Assembly: GCA_002687355.1 (NCBI GenBank)
Contig: NYZZ01000018.1
Location: forward strand, 1-37,101
Direction: 5' to 3'
Length of the DNA stretch: 37,101 bases
Source: Methanobacteriota archaeon
GTDB taxonomy: Archaea; Thermoplasmatota; Poseidoniia; MGIII; CG-Epi1
In this document: positions 1 through 6,649 of the stretch, piece by piece
Layout: every line of letters begins with the position of its first letter
How positions within the stretch are numbered: position 1 is the stretch's first letter
The notes under the pieces: generated by a model
What the model saw: the letters and a program-made list of their open reading frames with translations, nothing else
Told to the model about the DNA's origin: nothing
Database searches by the model: none
Program-made: the position numbers and the translations under genes

Positions 1-1
1 A

Positions 2-217
2 CTCTTCGTGCTGACTGACATGCCTCGCCGCGTCTACATCTACGATGAGGCGACCTGGGAACTCTACAACCTCGTGGCCACAATTGGCGCCGTAATTGCC
101 TTCCTGGCACAACTGGTTTTCCTCTATAACCTTGTCAGGAGTTTGAGTCACGGCGAGCAGGCAGGTAGTAACCCCTGGGGCGCCAGCACACTGGAATGGA
201 GTGATTCTGATGGATGA
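2..217 (+). CDS. coxA: Heme-copper terminal oxidase subunit I, C-terminal fragment (5' end outside window)
   Basis: MPRR, a hydrophobic helix and NPWGASTLEW match the subunit I C-terminus (GMPRR...NPW...TLEW). Frame is open from the window edge. Confidence 0.8.
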   Translation, partial: LFVLTDMPRRVYIYDEATWELYNLVATIGAVIAFLAQLVFLYNLVRSLSHGEQAGSNPWGASTLEWSDSDG

Positions 218-1292
218 AGTCCCACTCCGGGGCACCCATCACGTAGAACTCTGGGTTGGTAACGCCAAGCAGGCTGCCTATTACTACCGTAAGGCGTTTG
301 GCTTCTCACAGATAGCCTACTCCGGACTGGAAACTGGCAACCGCGAAAATACGTCGTACGTACTTGAGCAAGGCAAGATCAAGCTAGTCCTGACAACACC
401 CCTCAGCAGCAATAATAGGATTACGAACCACCTCAGGAAGCATGGTGACGGAGTACGAGACATCGCGTTCCACGTTGACGACGTGGAGAGCTGCTTCAAG
501 ACAGTCGTAGAAAACGGCGCGGAACCGCTGGCCGGCCCGCATGAGTTGGTGGGTGAACATGGAATTGTCGCTAAGGCCACCATCAAAACCTACGGTGATG
601 TCGTACATTCGTTCATCTGCGATGAAAACTACGATGGTGTTTTCATCCCCGGATTCCGAGAAGATTCCGAGACCGAATACTCCTTCGGCTTCAAATTCAT
701 AGATCATATCGTTGGTAACGTCGAGAAGGGGCAGATGAATCACTGGGCCGGCTTCTATGCTGACGTGCTCGGCTTTACACAACTAATTCACTTTACAGAC
801 AAAGATATCTCGACGAAATACAGCGCGCTAATGTCAAAGGTTATGCAGAACAGCAATAAATACATCAAGTTCCCGATTAACGAACCGGCCGATGGACTGA
901 ATAAATCGCAGATTCAGGAATTCCTAGACTACTACGGAGGTCCCGGTTCACAGCATATTGCACTCCTCACAGATGATATTGTGCATACTTGCACCCAGAT
1001 GAGGAATGCTGGAGTCGAGTTCCTGGAAATTCCCGATGCCTACTATGATGTTCTAAAAGAGCGAGTTGGCGATATTGAAGAGGACATCGAGATACTACGC
1101 CAGTTGGGCATCTTAGTGGATCGTGCCGGCGAGGGCTACCTGCTACAGCTCTTCACCAAGCCGGTCCAGGACCGACCGACCCTCTTCTACGAGATTATCC
1201 AGAGGAAAGGAAGCGATGGCTTTGGGCAGGGCAACTTCCAGGCACTCTTCGACTCAATCGAACATGAGCAGGGATTACGGGGGAATTTATGA
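210..1292 (+). CDS. hppD: 4-hydroxyphenylpyruvate dioxygenase, copy 1
   Basis: [49 protein letters not shown] and GFGQGNF; His/His/Glu iron triad present. ATG at 210 preferred over GTG at 201. Confidence 0.96.
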   Translation: MDEVPLRGTHHVELWVGNAKQAAYYYRKAFGFSQIAYSGLETGNRENTSYVLEQGKIKLVLTTPLSSNNRITNHLRKHGDGVRDIAFHVDDVESCFKTVVENGAEPLAGPHELVGEHGIVAKATIKTYGDVVHSFICDENYDGVFIPGFREDSETEYSFGFKFIDHIVGNVEKGQMNHWAGFYADVLGFTQLIHFTDKDISTKYSALMSKVMQNSNKYIKFPINEPADGLNKSQIQEFLDYYGGPGSQHIALLTDDIVHTCTQMRNAGVEFLEIPDAYYDVLKERVGDIEEDIEILRQLGILVDRAGEGYLLQLFTKPVQDRPTLFYEIIQRKGSDGFGQGNFQALFDSIEHEQGLRGNL

Positions 1293-1879
1293 TGGTCCGT
1301 TCTTCTAGCATAGACAATGGGCGCTTAGAATACACTCTGAGTCCGAAGATTAAGAGGATTCATCATGTGGCATATCGTTGCAAGGATGCCAAAGAAACTG
1401 TCGAATTCTACCAGGATTTACTCAACATGGATTTTCAATTGGCTATCGCTGAGAATAAAGTTCCATCGACAAAAGAACCTGATCCTTACATGCACGTATT
1501 TCTGAACGCAGGCAATGGGAGTGTGCTGGCCTTCTTCGAGCTTCCCAACTCACCGCCTATGGGGAAAGATCCGGCCACACCGGAATGGGTGCAGCACATC
1601 GCCTTCGAGGTTACATCTGGAGATGAACAGCTGGAAATCAAGTTTAAGGCTGAAACACGCGGACTTGAGGTGTTGGGACCGATAGACCACCAGATTTTCC
1701 AGTCAATCTATTTCTTCGACCCAAGCGGACATCGGATTGAGATAGCGACAAATACACGGACTGAGAAAGATTTGCAGCGGCTTAATGCAGTCGCGGAAGA
1801 AATGCTGGAGGAGTGGGACCGGACTAAGCGAGCTCCGCGGCACGCTGCCTGGCTACACGAGAAGGAATTCAAGAACTAA
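1289..1879 (+). CDS. VOC/glyoxalase family protein
   Basis: IHHVAYRC, LAFFE, QHIAF and SIYFFDPSGHRIE give the paired VOC metal-ligand pattern. Overlaps the hppD stop (ATGA). Confidence 0.88.
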   Translation: MMVRSSSIDNGRLEYTLSPKIKRIHHVAYRCKDAKETVEFYQDLLNMDFQLAIAENKVPSTKEPDPYMHVFLNAGNGSVLAFFELPNSPPMGKDPATPEWVQHIAFEVTSGDEQLEIKFKAETRGLEVLGPIDHQIFQSIYFFDPSGHRIEIATNTRTEKDLQRLNAVAEEMLEEWDRTKRAPRHAAWLHEKEFKN

Positions 1880-2137
1880 CAGATGAGTTCGAGGGAAGAC
1901 TGTAGTATCTGCGCGCCTCTGCTAGCTTGTGTCCTGATAATTGTTGTAGATTCGGCCATAACGGAATGGGTGCAGTACATCGCCTTCGATGTTGCATCCG
2001 GAGAGGAACAGCTGAAAATCCAGTCTAGGGCTGAAATGCACGGACTTGAAGTGGTGGGACCGATAGACCAGCAGATTTTCCAGTCAATCTATTTCTTCGA
2101 CCCGAACGAACACAAAGTGAAAATTGCGGCAAACACA
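1567..2137 (+). repeat. Diverged direct repeat: 1567-1756 copied at 1948-2137 (offset 381)
   Basis: Ungapped manual alignment, about 32 mismatches in 190 nt. Shared exact stretch CAGATTTTCCAGTCAATCTATTTCTTCGACCC. Confidence 0.95.
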
Positions 2138-2201
2138 TGAATTCGAGGGAAGACTGTAGTATCTGCAGGCTCCTGCTAGCTTGGGTCCTGATAATTGCTG
2201 T
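1878..2201 (+). repeat. Diverged direct repeat: 1878-1947 copied at 2132-2201 (offset 254)
   Basis: ATGAGTTCGAGGGAAGACTGTAGTATCTGC...GTCCTGATAATTG versus ATGAATTCGAGGGAAGACTGTAGTATCTGC...GTCCTGATAATTG. Confidence 0.95.
1883..2140 (+). pseudogene. Chimeric 85-aa ORF: copy of the next gene's N-terminus fused to a copy of the VOC C-terminal half
   Basis: MSSREDCSIC...LIIVV matches ORF 2137; EWVQYIAFDV...SIYFFDP matches ORF 1289. The putative ligands H (QHIAF) and E (RIE) are changed to Y and K. Confidence 0.75.
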
Positions 2202-2769
2202 GGCAGTTATCACGTTCCCGGACGCTAGTTCCTACAGTGATGGGATTTCGGTTGATGACTCAAAGAATGGATGCGTATGCCACAGTAGCTCGCCAGCTAG
2301 TGACCTCACGGTGACGCTTTCGGGACTGCCCGCTACGTATGATACTGGAGTCAGCTACAATCTGACAGTTACGCTGTTTGGTGGTCCCGAGGTCACGTCA
2401 GATTCGACAAACCAAGGAGGCTTCAACCTCAAGACAAGCGCTGGTGACCTTTCTTCAGTGGATTCGAACACACAAGAAATGGAAGATAGCTCGTTAACCC
2501 ATAACTCGGAAGGCAACAACCAGCGGAGCTGGGAAGTCGAATGGATTGCCCCCCATGATGATTCGTTGAGCGTTAGCTTCCTGTTGAGAGGGAACGCCGT
2601 GAATGGAGATGGTGAACAAAGCGAGGAAGATTACTGGAACGAAGCCGAATATAGTAGCAAGGGCAGTAATTACAAGGAGGCGAATTCAGCCACTCCCAGC
2701 GTCACAATTTCGCTGGCCGTAGTGGCAATTGCTGCTGTGGCCGCTGCCCGGAGGGAACTTCTAGAATGA
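2137..2769 (+). CDS. Secreted Reeler/choice-of-anchor-V-like protein with CxCH motif and C-terminal sorting-like tail
   Basis: Signal peptide, GCVCH, GLPATY...YNLTV, GGFNL, LTH, WIAP, GNAVNGDG, then TPS + hydrophobic stretch + RR. Confidence 0.75.
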   Translation: MNSREDCSICRLLLAWVLIIAVAVITFPDASSYSDGISVDDSKNGCVCHSSSPASDLTVTLSGLPATYDTGVSYNLTVTLFGGPEVTSDSTNQGGFNLKTSAGDLSSVDSNTQEMEDSSLTHNSEGNNQRSWEVEWIAPHDDSLSVSFLLRGNAVNGDGEQSEEDYWNEAEYSSKGSNYKEANSATPSVTISLAVVAIAAVAAARRELLE

Positions 2770-2971
2770 GACAAACCGGACACCCCAGGGAGACAAGTCG
2801 GGGGTCGAGTTGCGTCCCCCGGCCCTCCCAAACAAATCGGATTTAAGTCCTCAGTATTACCCTCGCTATCTTGAGTGAACCTCGTGTATCGGCAGTTAAT
2901 GCCATCTTGTCAGCGACTTCGGCACAGTCACTCTTAAAACCCACAACTGGCAGGGCGGCTGCGGTGACAAC

Positions 2972-4645
2972 ATGCGCACCTACCTAACTCTGGCCATCCT
3001 CTTCGCGGGGATGGCAATGCTCGGCTCCGCACAGGCGGATAACTACGAAATACACATCGATAATTTCGAGTTCACACCTAATGACATAACTATCGTTGCC
3101 GGCGATTCAGTGACCTGGTACAACGATGACAGTGCGTCGCACACCGTCGAAAGTGACGATAACGAATTCAGTTCAGGGAACATGAATACCGGGGACGATT
3201 TTCCCTATATGTTCGATGTGGCTGGCAATTACAGCTACCATTGCGACCATCACTCCTCAATGACCGGTGTTGTCAACGTTGAAAAAGAGGAGGAAGAACC
3301 GGTTGATACGGACGAAGATGGCCTCTCGGACGATGAGGAAGAAGAGCGGGGAACCGACCCGAACGACCCAGACACTGACGGGGATGGCGTCAGCGATTAC
3401 GATGAAGTCATCTGGGGAATTGACCCCCTGAATCCTGATACGGATGGGGATGGCCTCAATGACACTGAAGGATCTGTGTACGGGACCGAACCCGCACTGT
3501 ACGATACTGATGGGGACGGATTTGGCGATGGGGAAGAAGTCTGGAGCGGTACCGACCCTAATGATTCTGAAGACTACCCTGAGGATCAAGGTGGTTTTGA
3601 CTTTGACCCCGTATTCACCGAGCTGGAAATGATTATGGAGACTGTCACCAACGGAGAGCTTACGGCAACAGCCGAGCTTGATGCTCAGGCGGCCAACGAA
3701 TTGCGCTACGGTATCTGGTGGTTGTACGAAACCCTGACCGAAGGTGACATGGATGAAACTAATGCAAGCATTGACCAGACCATGGTGGCAGCATTCAATG
3801 CCTTCATGTCTGGAGGGCAGGCGGAAGTGGACTCAGGCTTCCAGCTCAATGGAGTCAACGCAACGGTGGGTCCGGGAATGCCTACTGTTACTCCAATGGA
3901 TGCGCTGCTCGGCACTCTGGCCGACAACGAAAATGAAACTATGACAATCACGATGTCGCAGACGCTGAGCTTCAATGTCACAGATCCTGGCGACAGCCCA
4001 ACCTACTTCTTTGAGGGCGATGACGCTGGTGATGACGAAAGCCTCCCAGTAGAGCTGAATTATCGATTTGTAGCGCCCGGGGAGTGGGTTGTTGCCTCCG
4101 CTGAAGGCACAAATATTACCATCAATATTGTCAATGGGGTAACTGCCGAGTTCTTACTACCAGCTGGAACATCAGTACCTGATGTCACTATCACACTTGA
4201 AGAACAGGCACCGGCACCTTATGACTGCGAGGATGCAGCGACCCACTGCATTAGCCTAAACGACGACATGACGTTCACACCAAACAAACTGTCAGTAAGT
4301 AAGGGCGACACGGTGGTTTTCGTCTGGGAAGGGAATGCCGACGTACACAATGTTGCGGAAGTTAATGGTGCTAATGATATCGACTACAACGACGGATTCC
4401 GTTCAGGCAATCCAACCTCGGATGATGGCTACTGGATACTCCCAGCCGAAGAAACTGCTGTCGGGGGGACCCTCTACTATGTATGCGAACCGCACGCCAT
4501 GATGGATATGCGTGGCAGTATCACCGTCGGTGAACTGCCGGACGATGAGGGGGAACTGCTCGATGAGGATAGCGGGCTTCCCGGACCAGGGGCTGTGTTT
4601 GCAGGCGCTGCCATTATCGGCGCCGCATTGCGCCGCCGTCGTTAG
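2972..4645 (+). CDS. Surface protein with two plastocyanin/halocyanin-type cupredoxin domains, DTDGDG repeats and a PGF-CTERM-like tail
   Basis: Signal peptide; site 1 HTV...CDHHSSM; site 2 HNV...CEPHAMMDM; ends [23 protein letters not shown]. Confidence 0.88.
   Translation: MRTYLTLAILFAGMAMLGSAQADNYEIHIDNFEFTPNDITIVAGDSVTWYNDDSASHTVESDDNEFSSGNMNTGDDFPYMFDVAGNYSYHCDHHSSMTGVVNVEKEEEEPVDTDEDGLSDDEEEERGTDPNDPDTDGDGVSDYDEVIWGIDPLNPDTDGDGLNDTEGSVYGTEPALYDTDGDGFGDGEEVWSGTDPNDSEDYPEDQGGFDFDPVFTELEMIMETVTNGELTATAELDAQAANELRYGIWWLYETLTEGDMDETNASIDQTMVAAFNAFMSGGQAEVDSGFQLNGVNATVGPGMPTVTPMDALLGTLADNENETMTITMSQTLSFNVTDPGDSPTYFFEGDDAGDDESLPVELNYRFVAPGEWVVASAEGTNITINIVNGVTAEFLLPAGTSVPDVTITLEEQAPAPYDCEDAATHCISLNDDMTFTPNKLSVSKGDTVVFVWEGNADVHNVAEVNGANDIDYNDGFRSGNPTSDDGYWILPAEETAVGGTLYYVCEPHAMMDMRGSITVGELPDDEGELLDEDSGLPGPGAVFAGAAIIGAALRRRR
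3305..3570 (+). repeat. Four tandem ~22-aa DTDxDG (thrombospondin type 3-like, Ca-binding) repeats
   Basis: [36 protein letters not shown], each followed by GxDP or GTEP. Confidence 0.85.
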
Positions 4646-4680
4646 GCGTATTCCAAAATAGCCCCTGCACCTGCGACCCC

Positions 4681-5025
4681 GTGAGCGACTGCCTCTTCTG
4701 CAAGATTCGCGACGGGGAGATTCCGGGAGACCTGGTCTACGAGGGCGACTCGGTGCTGGCGTTCAACGACATCAATCCTCAGGCACCGACGCACGTGCTC
4801 ATCATACCGCGTGAGCACATCGCGACGCTCAACGATTTAGAGCCAAAACACAGTGATGTAGTAGGTGAAATGCACCTCGTAGCGCAGCAGATAGCGCGCG
4901 AGCGGGACCATGCAGAGGACGGCTACCGCACGGTCTTCAACTGCAACGCTGCGGCAGGACAGACTGTGTTTCACATCCATTTGCACCTGCTCGGTGGACG
5001 CAATTTGGGCTGGCCACCTGGTTAA
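4681..5025 (+). CDS. hinT: Histidine triad nucleotide-binding protein (Hint family)
   Basis: DCLFCKI, AFNDINPQAPTH, GQTVFHIHLHLLGG; GTG start. Confidence 0.95.
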   Translation: MSDCLFCKIRDGEIPGDLVYEGDSVLAFNDINPQAPTHVLIIPREHIATLNDLEPKHSDVVGEMHLVAQQIARERDHAEDGYRTVFNCNAAAGQTVFHIHLHLLGGRNLGWPPG

Positions 5026-5043
5026 ATAGTAGTCGTCGAGAAC

Positions 5044-5478
5044 TCAGGCTACTCCGCCACCCATCTCGATGACGCGTTCCCAATGCTCATCCGAGACTGG
5101 CATTACTGATAGTCTGCCGTATTTCACGAGATGGAATTCGACGAACTCCGGCTGCGACTTGACGTGTGCCAGCGTTACCGGTTCCCTCAGTGCAGCCTTG
5201 TGTGCGACATCCACGACTGCCAAGCGATCTTCCTTTTCGACCCCGCAGTCGCAGCCTGCCTGCCAGTGCGGGTAGGGCTCACTCTCGACAGTGACTATCC
5301 CGCGCACACAGCGATCGCTGCCCGTGTGGTAGAAGAACGCCTCATCACCAGACTGGCACTGTCGCAGGAACTTGAGAGCCCAGTTGTTGCCTATCCCAGT
5401 CCAGCGAATGGTGCGATCATTCTCCATCTGCTCCCAGCTGTAGCTGGACGGTTCGGTCTTCAGCAACCAGCGCGCCAT
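5044..5478 (-). CDS. EVE domain protein
   Basis: WLLKTEP..YSW, WTGIGN, GDEAFFYHTG, GRLSVMPV...W. Confidence 0.92.
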   Translation of the reverse strand: MARWLLKTEPSSYSWEQMENDRTIRWTGIGNNWALKFLRQCQSGDEAFFYHTGSDRCVRGIVTVESEPYPHWQAGCDCGVEKEDRLAVVDVAHKAALREPVTLAHVKSQPEFVEFHLVKYGRLSVMPVSDEHWERVIEMGGGVA

Positions 5479-5518
5479 TCAATCCTCGTTGACCGGTGAG
5501 TATTCATCTTCTTTTTCT

Positions 5519-5854
5519 TCAGCCAAAGCCGCCGCCGAAATTGGAGTGGACGGAATCGTCGTGGCCGCCACCGCCGTCATCCTCATCATCGTCCTCAAAA
5601 TCTGGTACTCTGGGCCTTTCGTCCTCAGAATCTGGTATTCCATCACCATCGATGTCACCTTTACCACCTTCTTCCAGAGGTCCTTCAACTTTATTTTCAC
5701 CAGAGTCTTCCGCTGCAGGTGCGCCTTCAGCGACGCCTTCGTCGAATGCTGCTTTCGACTGACCCATGCTCTTGGCGAGCTCGGGCAGTTTCTTCGCGCC
5801 GAAGAGCAGCACGATGATACCGCCGATAATGAGAGCTTCAGTGGTGCCGAACAT
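5519..5854 (-). CDS. tatA: Twin-arginine translocase TatA/E subunit with long acidic tail
   Basis: One TM helix then LLFGAKKLPELAKSMG; GGGAGA just upstream of the ATG. Confidence 0.92.
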   Translation of the reverse strand: MFGTTEALIIGGIIVLLFGAKKLPELAKSMGQSKAAFDEGVAEGAPAAEDSGENKVEGPLEEGGKGDIDGDGIPDSEDERPRVPDFEDDDEDDGGGGHDDSVHSNFGGGFG

Positions 5855-5874
5855 AGTCTCCCAGCCAGTGGGGG

Positions 5875-6636
5875 GTGATTACTGTTTCGGACGCAAGCGC
5901 TAAACTGCGCGCAGGCTGGCAGCCCGTGGACCGTGACGCATGGGCAACCGCTGCCGAGAGCATACAGCGGCACACCGCGCTGCACCTGCTGCTGGCTGGA
6001 ACATTGTTCCTGGGCATGTTCGAACTATCGCCTGCGCTGTTGACCGAGCTGCGCGACCGCCTCCTGCCGCAGGACGCGACGCTGGTCTACCTCTCGCCGG
6101 CGGAATACATGCTGCTGCGCTTCCGGCTCGCTGGATACGCAGCCATCTGCGGACTGGCTCTAACCACCGGCATTGACGCGTGGAGTACCTTGCGAGGGCG
6201 CCTGACAGCGGGCAGGGCTGGCATCGGCTCTGTGGCGATGGTGTTGCTAACAGCGCTGGCGCTCTTTGCGGTTGGTGTCGCGTATGCACAACTGCTGATG
6301 CTACCGCTAGTACTGGAGTACCTGCATGGCGATGCGGCGGCGGCTGGCTTCGCCTCAACCTACTCCCTGAGTGCATTCTACTCGTTCATACTGTTGTTGA
6401 CTGTATCTCTTGGTATCGCGTTCGAGCTGCCGCTGGTGGTACTTCTGGTGCTGCGGCTCGAGCTGGCGACTGGCGCACAACTGGCGCACTACCGGCGGCA
6501 CCTCGCCGTCGCCTTCTTCGTGCTGGCAGCACTCATCACGCCGCCCGATGTCATCTCGCAGTTCCTGCTGGCCGTGCCACTGCTGCTGCTGTTCGAGCTA
6601 TCGCTAGTGGTAGGACGATTCGCCGGCAAGGGCTAA
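5875..6636 (+). CDS. tatC: TatC family protein with divergent N-terminal half (true start possibly GTG at 5926)
   Basis: YLSPAE, GIAFELP, YRRH, AALITPPDVISQFLLAVPLLLLFELS; divergent from tatA. Confidence 0.85.
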   Translation: MITVSDASAKLRAGWQPVDRDAWATAAESIQRHTALHLLLAGTLFLGMFELSPALLTELRDRLLPQDATLVYLSPAEYMLLRFRLAGYAAICGLALTTGIDAWSTLRGRLTAGRAGIGSVAMVLLTALALFAVGVAYAQLLMLPLVLEYLHGDAAAAGFASTYSLSAFYSFILLLTVSLGIAFELPLVVLLVLRLELATGAQLAHYRRHLAVAFFVLAALITPPDVISQFLLAVPLLLLFELSLVVGRFAGKG

Positions 6637-6649
6637 ATCGCCGGGGCGC

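Noticed and set aside
210-1292. hppD copy 1 as hydroxymandelate synthase
   Set aside because: It keeps the HPPD-type KFPxNEP and LLQLF residues and closely resembles the hmgA-coupled copy.
1567-2137. Repeat pair as diversity-generating retroelement TR/VR
   Set aside because: Mismatches involve all four bases rather than adenines only, and no reverse transcriptase is in the window.
3305-3570. Regularly spaced repeats as a CRISPR array
   Set aside because: They are in-frame protein repeats that vary at synonymous positions, and there are no cas genes.
4681-5478. HIT + EVE as a modification-dependent defence module
   Set aside because: Convergent stand-alone genes with no nuclease or toxin partner; both are common housekeeping families.
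5479-5985. Alternative ORFs over tatA (168 aa minus, 129 aa plus) or a frameshifted TatA tail
   Set aside because: The TatA frame has the family motif and an SD-like site, and its internal repeat is 30 nt and preserves the frame.
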